Shown here: positions 9,755 to 19,580 of the stretch, piece by piece
How the letters are laid out: every line of letters starts with the position of its first letter
Position numbering within the stretch: position 1 is the stretch's first letter
Assembly (NCBI GenBank): GCA_963766735.1
Contig: CAVYBU010000007.1
Coordinates: 128,001-192,000 of the forward strand
Direction of reading: 5' to 3'
From: an uncultured Chloroflexia bacterium
GTDB taxonomy: Bacteria > Chloroflexota > Limnocylindria > Limnocylindrales > CSP1-4
Length of the DNA stretch: 64,000 nucleotides
Translations under genes and position numbers: made by a program
Notes under the pieces: generated by a model
Databases searched by the model: none
What the model was told of the DNA's origin: nothing
What the model saw: only the letters and a program-made list of their open reading frames with translations

Positions 9755-11581
9755 GTGGAACCGACCCTGGCTGAGCCCCTGACATCGGGGATCCGGCGGC
9801 CTCGCCGTCGCGCGAGGTTCATCGTTGCCTTCCTCGTTGGACTCGCCGCGGTGGCGGCGGCCTCCGGGATCGGCGTGGCAGCCTGGGATGCGGGGTACGA
9901 GGCCAGGATCCTGCCCGGCGTCCACGTCGGCAGCGTGGACCTGTCGGGCCTGGACCGTGCGGCCGCCAGCCGGGCAGTGTCGGCCGCCTACCCGTTCGAA
10001 CAGGGCCAGATCATCCTCCGGACCCCCGATGGTGACGTCGCCATCACGTACTCCGCCGTCGGGCGGCAGGCAGACGCCGACGCGCTGGTCGATGAGGCGC
10101 TTCGGGCCGGACGGACGGGAACGGCGATCGAGCGGGCCGTGGGTGAGGTGCGGCAGGCACTGGGCGGCACGTATCTGGAGCCCCGGCTCCTCCTGGACGA
10201 GTCCGCCCTGGAGGCAGCGGTCACCACCGCCGTGGCGGATCTCGAGGTGAGGCCGGTGGATGCCACCATCCGGATGGGCCCGGACGGACCGGTGACCACG
10301 CCCTCCTCCACCGGCCGGACGGCGAACCCAGCGCCCATCGTCGCGACGGCTCTCGCTGCTGCGAGATCGCTGGCCGCGCCGGCCGAGGTCGTCATCCCGG
10401 TGGATGTCACCGTCGTGGAACCGGCTCGGGACGACGAAACCGTCCAGGTGGCGAAGGTCCTGGCTCAGCGGCTGGTCAACGACGTCGTCATCGTCTCCGG
10501 CAAGAAGTCCTGGACCATCAAGGCCGACACGGTCCGGAGCTGGGCGTCCTTCCGGGGCTTCGTCGACGGCTCGGTGCGACCGGTCATCGCCACCGACCCG
10601 ATCAAGGACTCCCTGAACGCCGTGCGCAAGGGAGTCCTCAAGAAGGCCAAGTCTGCGGCGTTCCTGAAGGCACGGAGCGGCACGGTTGTCGGGGTCGTGG
10701 CCTCGAAGGACGGTCGCCAGCTGGACGTGGAAGCCACCGTCGCCCGGATCGCGGCCGAGCTGGAAGGCCGGGCCACGGGAGACCTCGCCGCCCCGGTACC
10801 TGCCGCCGTCGGCCCGTACCAGCCGAAGCTGACCACCGAGGATGCGACCAGGAAGGCGCCACTCATGGTGAAGCTCGGCTCCTGGAAGACGTATTTCCCG
10901 ATCAGCGACCGCAACTACTTCGGGGCCAATATCTGGCTGCCGGCCAAGATCATCAACCAGACCGTGCTCAAGCCAGGACAGAGGTTCGAGTGGTGGAGCG
11001 CAGTCGGCCCGGTCACCCCTGCTCGTGGGTTCGGTCCCGGCGGCGTCATCAGGTCCGATCACACGGACCCCACGGGCGCGCTGGGTGGCGGCATGTGCTC
11101 CAGCTCCACCACCCTGTTCAACGCGGCGTTGCGGGCCGGCCTCAAGATCAACGCCCGGTCCAACCACAAGTACTACATCAACCGCTATCCGCTCGGTCTC
11201 GACGCAACGGTCTCGAAGGTAGGCAACAGCGTGCAGACGATGTCGTTCACCAATGACACGAAGCATGCGATCTACATCCGCGGGATCAGGACGCGCTCGG
11301 GCGGTCGCGGGTACGTGACCTACGAAATCTGGGGCGTTCCGGATGGGCGCAAGGTCTCGATTTCGCGGCCATCCGTCTCGGTCCTGCGCAAGGCGATCAC
11401 CGAGGAGGTCGTCGTTGACACGCTCCCCCACGGCAGGCGGGAGCAGACGGAATACCCCTCGAACGCGATGAACGTGGCGGTCACCAGGGTGGTCAAGAAC
11501 GCGTCGGGCAAGGTCGTCCACCGCGACACGTTCTACACGCACTACGTGCTCTGGAACGGGCGGATCGAGGTGGGCCGCTAG
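9755..11581 (+). CDS. VanW-family protein with N-terminal TM and peptidoglycan-binding repeats (YoaR-like)
   Basis: ILPGVHVGSVDLSGL, LKPGQRFEW, GGGMCSSSTTLFNAALRAGL, RSNH, YPLGLDATV, FTNDT. Confidence 0.88.
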   Translation: MEPTLAEPLTSGIRRPRRRARFIVAFLVGLAAVAAASGIGVAAWDAGYEARILPGVHVGSVDLSGLDRAAASRAVSAAYPFEQGQIILRTPDGDVAITYSAVGRQADADALVDEALRAGRTGTAIERAVGEVRQALGGTYLEPRLLLDESALEAAVTTAVADLEVRPVDATIRMGPDGPVTTPSSTGRTANPAPIVATALAAARSLAAPAEVVIPVDVTVVEPARDDETVQVAKVLAQRLVNDVVIVSGKKSWTIKADTVRSWASFRGFVDGSVRPVIATDPIKDSLNAVRKGVLKKAKSAAFLKARSGTVVGVVASKDGRQLDVEATVARIAAELEGRATGDLAAPVPAAVGPYQPKLTTEDATRKAPLMVKLGSWKTYFPISDRNYFGANIWLPAKIINQTVLKPGQRFEWWSAVGPVTPARGFGPGGVIRSDHTDPTGALGGGMCSSSTTLFNAALRAGLKINARSNHKYYINRYPLGLDATVSKVGNSVQTMSFTNDTKHAIYIRGIRTRSGGRGYVTYEIWGVPDGRKVSISRPSVSVLRKAITEEVVVDTLPHGRREQTEYPSNAMNVAVTRVVKNASGKVVHRDTFYTHYVLWNGRIEVGR

Positions 11582-12339
11582 GCCCTCGGAACACCTTCGC
11601 CCGCGGGCTCGAGCGACACCGCTCGCATCCTCCCGTCGTAACGGACCAGGGGGACGGTCTGCGTCAGGTCCTCCCCGGCGCAGAAGGCGATGTCCTCCGG
11701 CGCTCCGATGCGTCGCAGCGTGGCCCCGCCATCGGACGCCTCCATTGCGGCCCGGAGGGTCGGCCAGCTCCGGCGCAGGCGGATGGCGGCCTCCGCCCCA
11801 TCCGAGAGGCGCGCGGCAAGACCCCTTGGCGCGGCAAGCTCGACCAGCCGCTCCGCGATGACGCCCGCCGCAACAGCATCATCCAGGACGAAGATCCCCT
11901 CACGCCCGGCGCACACGATCCCGACGATCCCCGAATTGCCCGCCATCGCCAGGGCTGCGGTCGCGACCGCGGTTGCGTTGCGGATACAGCCGACCAGGAC
12001 CGGCTCCTCGCGGCGGAGCCGCGCGATGACGGCCGTCCCGTTCGTAGTCGAGAGGACGATGCTCCGGCCCCGGAGGTCAACCCGGTCCAGCTGCGACGGA
12101 GAGTTGTCGAAGTCGAAGTCGGGTGGCTTGACCGCGTGCAGCTCACCCGCCAGGAGGCTGCCGGTCTCACGGGCCACGGCACGGGCTTCATCCGGGTCGC
12201 CGGCAAGGTAGACGTCCCGGCAACCGGCATCGATGAGGGTCGTGATGGTCGTGCTGGCGCGAATCTGGTCGATGACGATCAGGACCCCGGGTGCGGCGGG
12301 GTCCGCGACCTGCGGCAGGAGCGCGACGTCGACCAGCAT
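11578..12339 (-). CDS. comB: 2-phosphosulfolactate phosphatase family
   Basis: VIDQIRASTTI, FDFDNSP, STTNGT, GCIRNA, CAG...LDD. Confidence 0.88.
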   Translation of the reverse strand: MLVDVALLPQVADPAAPGVLIVIDQIRASTTITTLIDAGCRDVYLAGDPDEARAVARETGSLLAGELHAVKPPDFDFDNSPSQLDRVDLRGRSIVLSTTNGTAVIARLRREEPVLVGCIRNATAVATAALAMAGNSGIVGIVCAGREGIFVLDDAVAAGVIAERLVELAAPRGLAARLSDGAEAAIRLRRSWPTLRAAMEASDGGATLRRIGAPEDIAFCAGEDLTQTVPLVRYDGRMRAVSLEPAGEGVPRA

Positions 12340-12347
12340 CAGCTGCG

Positions 12348-13013
12348 CTATGCGTCCGCTTCGAGGTACGTCAGCACGGCGAGCACGCGCCGGTGGTCGC
12401 CCCTGGAATCAGGGAGATCCAGCTTGCCCATGATGCTGGTGATGTGCTTCTCCGCAGCCCCCTCGGAGATGGTCAGCGCCTCCGCGATACCGGCGTTCGT
12501 GCGGCCCTCGGCCATCGCCGCGAGCACCTCGACCTCGCGTGGGGTGAGCGCCGCCAGGCGGTCATCGCGTCGGCGGCGGACCATCAGCTGGGCGACGACC
12601 TCGGGGTCCAGCGCCGTCCCGCCCGCGGCCACGCGCCGCAGGGCATCCATGAAGTCCCGAACGTCCGCGACCCGGTCCTTGAGCAGGTATCCGACCCCGC
12701 CCGCGCGGTCAGCCAGGAGCTCCGTGGCGTACTGGCGCTCCACGTACTGGCTCAGCACCAGAACCGGCGTCCCGGGCACGCGGCGGCGGGCCTCGATGGC
12801 GGCGCGGAGTCCCTCGTCACGCTGGGTCGGTGGCATCCGGACGTCCACCACGGACACGTCGGGTCGATGCTCGACCACCGCCTCCACGAGGGCCGGCCCA
12901 TCACCGACGCGCGCGACCACCTCACCGCCCGACTCCTCGATGAGGCGCGCGAGACCTTCTCGGAGCAGGACGGAGTCATCGGCGATGACCACGCGCAGCG
13001 GCGGCTGGTTCAT
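12348..13013 (-). CDS. NarL/LuxR-family response regulator
   Basis: IADDS, VDVRMPP, YLLKDRV, LTPREVEVLAAMAEG HTH. Confidence 0.93.
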   Translation of the reverse strand: MNQPPLRVVIADDSVLLREGLARLIEESGGEVVARVGDGPALVEAVVEHRPDVSVVDVRMPPTQRDEGLRAAIEARRRVPGTPVLVLSQYVERQYATELLADRAGGVGYLLKDRVADVRDFMDALRRVAAGGTALDPEVVAQLMVRRRRDDRLAALTPREVEVLAAMAEGRTNAGIAEALTISEGAAEKHITSIMGKLDLPDSRGDHRRVLAVLTYLEADA

Positions 13014-13066
13014 GTTCCGATCATGCCCCATACGGCGCGACTCGGCCCGACCGATCCGACGTCCCT

Positions 13067-13084
13067 GGTAGGGCTACCCCCACC
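13067..13084. promoter_or_regulatory. Imperfect palindrome, possible response-regulator operator
   Basis: GGTAGGGCTACCCCCACC, 14/18 self-complementary, between divergent RR and HK genes. Confidence 0.35.
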
Positions 13085-13187
13085 CCCAAGATGCCCGCTG
13101 CCCGGCTGGGCGGGGACGCCACCGGGGCCCAGGATCTGGTTCACAACGCGCACTCACGGCAGGATCACGAATGGTAGGGTCGCTCAG

Positions 13188-14582
13188 ATGACGTCAGGCA
13201 ACCACCCCGAGGCCCCCGTTGTGGGGCACGGCGCACTGGACGCGATGCGCTCGTTCGCGTGGTCGCCGTTCGCAATCAAGACGTGGCGAGCCGTCCTGGC
13301 CGTCGGGTTGGGTCTGTTCGTCTCGATCGCCTCGGTCAGCGTCCTCAGCACGCTGTTCTCGATCGGCGGCTCGCTCCTGTTCCTGATCGTCGGGATCCCA
13401 TTCATCGGGCTCGGCATCGAGGCGGCGCGCGTCTTCGCCCGTGTCGAGCGGTGGCGGATGTCGATGGTGGACGGGAAACCCCTGATGCCACACCCGTACC
13501 GAGGGTTCGAGCCGAATCCCAGCGCTCCGTGGGGCCCCTGGGTCCGACAATGGGCAGAGGCGGAGTTCCTGGACGCGAACCGGTGGCTGGACGTCCTGTA
13601 CGTCCTTGTTGCCCTGCCGCTCACGATCATCGAGTTCACCGTCTCGGTGATCCTGTGGTCAACCTCCATCGTCCTCATGCTGGCGCCGCTCTTCTGGATG
13701 GCCGCACGATCCTCCAGCCCCGGTGGCTTCGTGTGGCTGACGGAAGCGGTCGATCCCGTCGCGCTCGTGGCCGTCCTGTTCGTGATGGGGCTCCTGCTGC
13801 TGCCGGTCGCCGCCTCCGTCACCCGCGGGCTCATCGTCCTCCATCGCGCGGTGGTCCAGGGGATGCTGTGCGTCGATCCGAGCGCCGCCCTCCGCCGGGA
13901 CGTGGAGCGTCTCCGCGACACGCGGTCCGCCGCGCTCGAGGTGGAGGCCAGCGAGCTCAGGAGGATCGAGCGGGATCTGCACGATGGGGCTCAGCAGCGG
14001 CTGGTCATGCTGGCGATCGACCTCGGCCTGGCCGAGGAGCGGATCGACACGGATCCAGCCGCCGCCAGGCGCCTGGTCGTCGATGCTCGCGAGCAGGCCC
14101 GCCAGGCGCTGGCGGAGCTCCGCGAGGTGGTCCGGGGCGTGGCGCCGTCCATCCTCGTGGACCGGGGACTCGTGGCTGCCCTGGGCGCCCTGGCCGGCCG
14201 ATGCCCTGTGCCCACGTACGTGGACAGCTCGCTCGCCATCGGCCAACGGCTCCCGCACGCGGTGGAGCGAGCCTCGTACTACGTGGTGGCCGAGGCGCTG
14301 GCGAACGTTGCCAAACACAGCGGTGCCACGCGCTGCAGCGTCTTCCTGCGCGCCTCAAGCGACTGGTTGTTTGTCGAGGTGCGCGACGACGGGACCGGCG
14401 GCGCGGCGATCAGTCCCGGAGGTGGACTGGCAGGCCTGAGGGACCGCGTCCAGGCTCTGGACGGCGCCCTGGAGGTCGTGAGTCCCGACGGCGGACCAAC
14501 CAGCCTCCGGGTTTCGATACCGGTCGCCTGGACGGCCGGTCCGCCCCAGCCGGAGCGCGGTGCCGGGACAGCCGCGGGCTGA
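13188..14582 (+). CDS. Membrane sensor histidine kinase (HisKA_3)
   Basis: Four-TM sensor domain, RIERDLHDGAQQ H-box, EALANVAKHS N-box, DDGTGG and GGLAGL G-boxes. Confidence 0.93.
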   Translation: MTSGNHPEAPVVGHGALDAMRSFAWSPFAIKTWRAVLAVGLGLFVSIASVSVLSTLFSIGGSLLFLIVGIPFIGLGIEAARVFARVERWRMSMVDGKPLMPHPYRGFEPNPSAPWGPWVRQWAEAEFLDANRWLDVLYVLVALPLTIIEFTVSVILWSTSIVLMLAPLFWMAARSSSPGGFVWLTEAVDPVALVAVLFVMGLLLLPVAASVTRGLIVLHRAVVQGMLCVDPSAALRRDVERLRDTRSAALEVEASELRRIERDLHDGAQQRLVMLAIDLGLAEERIDTDPAAARRLVVDAREQARQALAELREVVRGVAPSILVDRGLVAALGALAGRCPVPTYVDSSLAIGQRLPHAVERASYYVVAEALANVAKHSGATRCSVFLRASSDWLFVEVRDDGTGGAAISPGGGLAGLRDRVQALDGALEVVSPDGGPTSLRVSIPVAWTAGPPQPERGAGTAAG

Positions 14583-14594
14583 GTCTCGAGCATC

Positions 14595-16427
14595 TCAGGC
14601 AGGCACGGCCTCGGCGAACTGCAGCCGGTAGAGGCGGGCATAGAGGCCGTCCCGGGCCAGGAGCTCCTCGTGGGTGCCCAGCTCCACCAGCCAGCCGTCG
14701 TCCAGGACGGCGATTCGGTGGGCTGCCCTGATCGTTGACAGGCGATGCGCGACGATGATCGTGGTCCGCCCCACCTTGAGGCGATCGAGGGCCTCCTGGA
14801 CGAGCCGCTCCGACTCGTTGTCGAGCGAGCTTGTCGCCTCGTCGAGGAGCAGGATCGGCGGGTCCTTCAGGATGGCGCGTGCGATCGAGACCCGCTGGCG
14901 CTGACCGCCGGACAGGCGGGAGCCGCGGTCTCCCACGAGGGTCTCGTAGCCGTCCGGGAGCGCGGTGATGAACTCGTGGGCGTTGGCGGATCTGGCGGCG
15001 GCGACGATCTCCTCGTGCGTGGCCTCCAGGCGCCCGTACCGGATGTTGTCGCGTACGGTCCCTCCGAACAGGGTTGCCTCCTGGGGAACCAGGCCAATCC
15101 GCTCGCGGAGGCTCGAGGTGGTCACGCCCCGGACATCCCGGCCGTCGATGCGGATCGCCCCCGACGTCGCGTCCCACAGCCGTGGCAGCAGGCCGACGAG
15201 CGTCGTCTTGCCCGCCCCGGACGGGCCGACGAGGGCGAGGACCTCGCCCGCGGCAATCGTGAGGGTCACGTCCCGGAGGACCGGGTTGACGCCGTCGTAG
15301 GCGAAGCTGACGTCGTCCAGCTCGATCACGCCGTCCACCCGGCCGATCTCGACCGCGTCCGGGGCATCCACGATGGTCGGCTGCATGTCGATGATCTCGA
15401 ACACGCGAGTCACCGCACCCGTGCCCTCACGGAACTGACCGTAGAGGCTGGCGATGGTGGCGAGGCTGCCGCCGATCGTGATCCCGTAGAGCAGGAACCC
15501 GGTCAGGGTCCCGATGCCCAGGCTCCCCTCGATCACCTGGTGCCCCGTGTACCAGAGCAGCACGGCCACGGCGCTGAAACCGAGGAACCCCATGATGGCC
15601 CCGAACCCGGCCCGCCACAGCGCGAGGCGAGTCCCCGAGCCCACCACGCCGGCCAGGTCACCGCCGTAGCGGGCCACCTCGAACGCCTCGCGGACGTAGC
15701 TCTTGACGACACGGATCCCGGACAGCGCCTCTTCCGCGGTGACCGTGCTGTGGGCGATGGAGTCCTGGACCTCGGTGCTCACCCGCTGGAGCGGGCGGCC
15801 GAAGACGATAGCCACGGCGATGAGCGCGGGCGCCAGGATCAGGACGACGGCCAGGAGCGTCGGGCTGAGCATGAACAGGATGACGACCGATCCCACGAGG
15901 CCGATCACGGACGACAACAGAGTGGTCGTTGTCTGGGTGAGCATCGTGCGGATCAGGGTGACGTCGCTCGAGAGCCGCGACACCAGCTCCCCCACCCGGC
16001 TTCGGCCGTGGAAGTCGAGCGAGAGGGTCACCAGGCGCTCGAACAGCTCGCCGCGGAGCTGGGCCACCATCCGCTCCCCCACCACGCCCAGGAAGTAGCC
16101 CTGGACGAACCCGCCCAGCGACTGGACGAGGAACAGGACGACGAGTCCCGCGATCAGCCGATCGAGGCCGGCGGCGTCCCCTCCTGCCACGACGGACGTG
16201 ACCAGCCCCGCGACGACCAGCGGCACGAGCAGGGCGAGACCCGAGCCCAGCACCAGGCCGACGAGGGCGATGGTGAACGGCCGCCAGTGCGGACGTAGGT
16301 AGCCGAAGAGGCGGCGCCACGGGACACCGCCCAGATCGCGGACCCTGGTTGCCATGCCCCTCGCGCCGATCGGCCCCGCGGGTGCGGCGTCCCCAGGGGG
16401 TGCGTCCCTGGACTCCTGCGGCTCCAT
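14595..16427 (-). CDS. ABC exporter, fused TMD-NBD (MsbA-like)
   Basis: Six TM segments, GPSGAGKTT, LSGGQRQR, LLLDEATSSLD, AHRLST. Confidence 0.93.
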   Translation of the reverse strand: MEPQESRDAPPGDAAPAGPIGARGMATRVRDLGGVPWRRLFGYLRPHWRPFTIALVGLVLGSGLALLVPLVVAGLVTSVVAGGDAAGLDRLIAGLVVLFLVQSLGGFVQGYFLGVVGERMVAQLRGELFERLVTLSLDFHGRSRVGELVSRLSSDVTLIRTMLTQTTTTLLSSVIGLVGSVVILFMLSPTLLAVVLILAPALIAVAIVFGRPLQRVSTEVQDSIAHSTVTAEEALSGIRVVKSYVREAFEVARYGGDLAGVVGSGTRLALWRAGFGAIMGFLGFSAVAVLLWYTGHQVIEGSLGIGTLTGFLLYGITIGGSLATIASLYGQFREGTGAVTRVFEIIDMQPTIVDAPDAVEIGRVDGVIELDDVSFAYDGVNPVLRDVTLTIAAGEVLALVGPSGAGKTTLVGLLPRLWDATSGAIRIDGRDVRGVTTSSLRERIGLVPQEATLFGGTVRDNIRYGRLEATHEEIVAAARSANAHEFITALPDGYETLVGDRGSRLSGGQRQRVSIARAILKDPPILLLDEATSSLDNESERLVQEALDRLKVGRTTIIVAHRLSTIRAAHRIAVLDDGWLVELGTHEELLARDGLYARLYRLQFAEAVPA

Positions 16428-16434
16428 CCGATGA

Positions 16435-17220
16435 TCATGGCATGGCTCGCAGCACCAGGCCGCCGTTGCCCTCGAGCAGCAGCGTGTCCGCCTCGATGCC
16501 ATAGACCACCTCGCCCGACAGCACGGCCAGAATGGCGTTCTCAACCGACATCGCCGGCTCCGGGCAGGCCATCCTCGTCATGCGGATCGGGCCGAAGGTG
16601 ACGGTCGTGTCGGACACCTGGGTGCTGCCGCCGCCGCGATTGCAGCCGGCCTCGACGTCAACCGTGCCGTCCGAGAACGTCAGGGCTGCGGTCACCCCGG
16701 CCGGGACGCTGGATACAGCTCCGGCAGAGACCAGGCCCTCCACCGCCCAGCGCGTGCCGAGCAGCGGCCGATCCGGCTCCGCGACGACGCGATCGGTGAG
16801 CGTCAGGGTCGTGCCGTCGTTGGCCAGCGTCAGCGTGTCGCTGTCAAGCACGAGCTGGGCGCCGGGAAGGAAGGCCGCCAGCCACTGGTCCTGGGCCATC
16901 AGCGGTTCCTCGCACCCCATCTCGGTCGTGGCCATCGGGCCGGTCCTGAGGCGGCCGTCCTCCACCTCGTAGGCGCCACTCATCGTGTTGCAGCCCGCGT
17001 TTGCCGAGAGGGATCCACCCTGGAACGTCATCCCGACCCGGGACCCGGCAACCAGGGTGTGGCCGGTGATGTCGGTCGACAGGAAGGTCCGCCCATCCAG
17101 GTCTGACCCCGGATCGCCGGTGGGCTCCTGCGACGGCGAGGGTGTCGCGGCCCCACCGCGGCACGCGGCGAGGGCAAGGATCAGGGCGAGCGAAGCGGTC
17201 AGGATGGGGAGCGGACGCAT
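16435..17220 (-). CDS. Lipoprotein with two META (HslJ-like) domains
   Basis: Lipobox LAAC; twice AGCN...T.M.C. Confidence 0.88.
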   Translation of the reverse strand: MRPLPILTASLALILALAACRGGAATPSPSQEPTGDPGSDLDGRTFLSTDITGHTLVAGSRVGMTFQGGSLSANAGCNTMSGAYEVEDGRLRTGPMATTEMGCEEPLMAQDQWLAAFLPGAQLVLDSDTLTLANDGTTLTLTDRVVAEPDRPLLGTRWAVEGLVSAGAVSSVPAGVTAALTFSDGTVDVEAGCNRGGGSTQVSDTTVTFGPIRMTRMACPEPAMSVENAILAVLSGEVVYGIEADTLLLEGNGGLVLRAMP

Positions 17221-17346
17221 GCAGGTCACCTATGGAGCGGGGAATGGCTCGGGCCAGGGAGCCTGGCGAGTGCGCGTGAGGTCAGGGCCCCGGGCGTCAC
17301 CACTGGGACGGCAATCGGGAGCCGCCGGTTCCGATGGCTTCCCGGG

Positions 17347-18639
17347 TCAGCCGCCGGCCTCCCCCTGTCCGACTTCCCCGGCGACGAACCGGTCCATCAG
17401 CGCGGTGAAGCCCGTCAGGCCGCGCTCATACCCGATGGCCCAGAACCCGACGCCGGCGAACCCGTTGGCGTTGGCCAATGCCATCTTGGGCACCAGCGTC
17501 TCCGGAGAGTCAACGTAGACGGCCGTCCACGTCCGGTCCTCCGCCGGGGCCGCGGCGCCCGGCGATGGCGGGCCCAGCGAGCCGTCCGAACCGAGGAGGT
17601 AGACATCAACCATCTCCTGCTCGTCGCGCACCGGAGCGGCAGCCGGGTTCAACAGGAGGTCCAAGTGGCGGCGCGGGATCCACGCCTCGCCGCGTCCCGT
17701 CTCGGGCGCCCCGACCGCCGGCCCCGCCACGGGCCAGGTCATGCCGTACAACGGCAGTCCCAGCAGCGTCTGCCCGGGCGGCACACCGGCTGCCTCATAC
17801 ATCGCGATGGACCAGGCGAGGTCGCGTACCCCGTCCCGGCGGTCGAGGGGCGACGTGGCGCCGGGCGCTGACCCCGCAACCCGGTAGTCGTACCCCATGA
17901 GGAAGGTCCGGTCCGCGCCCGCGGCTATCGCGGCCGCTGCCATCGCGGAGCCGAGGACGTTCGCCTGGGTGGCCACGCTGACGCGATCGCCCGGGTCGGC
18001 CGCCACCACCGCCGTGCGCAGGCGTCCCACGAACGAGCCGTACTCACCGACGGACTGTGGGTCCAGGCCTTCGATGTCCACGTTGATTCCGTCCAGCCCA
18101 AGGTCGCCGGCAAGCGAGACCAGCGAAGCGATCGCGGCATCCTGGCGCGCCTCGTCCGCGAAGAAGTCGCGGTTCCGGTCCCGTCCGAAGCTGGTGAAGA
18201 CCAGCTCCACCCGGGCGCCCTGTCCATGAGCCGCAGCGATGATCCGGGACCCCAGGTCCCCGGTGATGCGCTTGTACCCCGTCTGACGTGTGTTGAGGGC
18301 GCCCTTGGCGGTGTCGGTCACGCTGAACAGCGCGAGGGTCGTGAGGGGCGTCACGGCAAGGTGATCGACGATCGTGGTGTCCATCTCCCAGTACGGGAGG
18401 TAGCCGTAGAGCTCGTGGCCCGGTGCCGGACGAAGCGTCCCCGAGGGTGGCGCCGACGTCACCGGAACCGAGGGCGTGAGGGACGCTCCCTCGATCGGCC
18501 TCGTTGGGCTGCACGACGCCAGCAGGGAGGCAGCCACGGTCAGGGCGAAAACGGACCGCGCAGCTGCTCCGCGACGCATCATCGGTATCACAACCCCAGC
18601 GTGCGGGTGCGTGGCCGATCGGTCAAACGGGGCCGTCAT
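17347..18639 (-). CDS. GH18-family glycosyl hydrolase lipoprotein
   Basis: Lipobox LASC; YGYLPYW, LDGINVDIE, MGYDY, LGLPLYG, GVGFWAIG; start may be ~18582. Confidence 0.85.
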   Translation of the reverse strand: MTAPFDRSATHPHAGVVIPMMRRGAAARSVFALTVAASLLASCSPTRPIEGASLTPSVPVTSAPPSGTLRPAPGHELYGYLPYWEMDTTIVDHLAVTPLTTLALFSVTDTAKGALNTRQTGYKRITGDLGSRIIAAAHGQGARVELVFTSFGRDRNRDFFADEARQDAAIASLVSLAGDLGLDGINVDIEGLDPQSVGEYGSFVGRLRTAVVAADPGDRVSVATQANVLGSAMAAAAIAAGADRTFLMGYDYRVAGSAPGATSPLDRRDGVRDLAWSIAMYEAAGVPPGQTLLGLPLYGMTWPVAGPAVGAPETGRGEAWIPRRHLDLLLNPAAAPVRDEQEMVDVYLLGSDGSLGPPSPGAAAPAEDRTWTAVYVDSPETLVPKMALANANGFAGVGFWAIGYERGLTGFTALMDRFVAGEVGQGEAGG

Positions 18640-18687
18640 CCGCTGGAGCGCTCTCGTTCGTGCGCCGCTCGCGGACTGGAGCTGCCG

Positions 18688-19575
18688 TCAGCTGCGGGAC
18701 AGCGACCGAAGACCGGACGCCATCACTGCCACGAACACGACCCCGGCGCCGGCGACGATCGCCACCGCGATACCCGACGGAATGTCGATCGTGCTCGCCT
18801 GATCGGCGCCCCAGCGCGTGATCGCCATCGCCAACGCCGCGATCGTGGCAAGGGTGGCCGCCAGGGTCGCGAGCTTGTCCACGGTCCGGAGCTCAACGCG
18901 CCGGTACGACGTCCGCGCCCCGGCGCCGAGGCCCCGCGCCTCCAGGCCCATGACCAGCGTGGTGAGCCGGTCGAACGAGCCCGCGACGACGGGTACCAGC
19001 GTGGGCAGGAGGGCCGCGATGCCACTCGCCTTCAGGCCCCGCGAGCGCTGCGCCTGAAGCACGGTCCGGAGCTCCTGGTGAAGCTGAGGGATGAGCTGCA
19101 GCGAGAGCATCGCCATCAGGGACACCTCGTACGGCAGGCGCAGGCGGCGCAGCGCCGCGAACAGGTCGGACGGGTGCGTGGTCGCCAGCATCGCGACCGC
19201 AACCGTCTCCATTGCCAGCAGCCGGGCGACGAGCGCAAGCGCATGCGACAGGCCCTCCTGGTAGAGCGTCAGCGGACCAAGCGTCGCGGCCGGCGTGCAG
19301 CCCGCACGACAGGCGACTGGGGCCAGCGTCTGCAGGACCAGCACTGACGCGGCGATGGGGGCGAGCGCGATGACGGTCCGGACCGCCGTGCGACCCACAC
19401 CGGCCGACCCCGCAAGGAGGAGGCCAACCATCGCGATCATGGCCAGAACCAGGGGCTCGTAGGTGGCGAGGACCACCACCACCGTCCCGGCGAGCCAGGC
19501 GAGCTTCGGCAGCGGGCTGGCCCGGTGGAGCCACGAGCGCCCCGGCACGTACGCGAGAAGGGTGGGTGCGTCCAT
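18688..19575 (-). CDS. ecfT: ECF transporter transmembrane T component
   Basis: SWLHR..PLPKL, AQRSRG and LEARG motifs. Confidence 0.9.
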   Translation of the reverse strand: MDAPTLLAYVPGRSWLHRASPLPKLAWLAGTVVVVLATYEPLVLAMIAMVGLLLAGSAGVGRTAVRTVIALAPIAASVLVLQTLAPVACRAGCTPAATLGPLTLYQEGLSHALALVARLLAMETVAVAMLATTHPSDLFAALRRLRLPYEVSLMAMLSLQLIPQLHQELRTVLQAQRSRGLKASGIAALLPTLVPVVAGSFDRLTTLVMGLEARGLGAGARTSYRRVELRTVDKLATLAATLATIAALAMAITRWGADQASTIDIPSGIAVAIVAGAGVVFVAVMASGLRSLSRS

Positions 19576-19580
19576 CGTCG

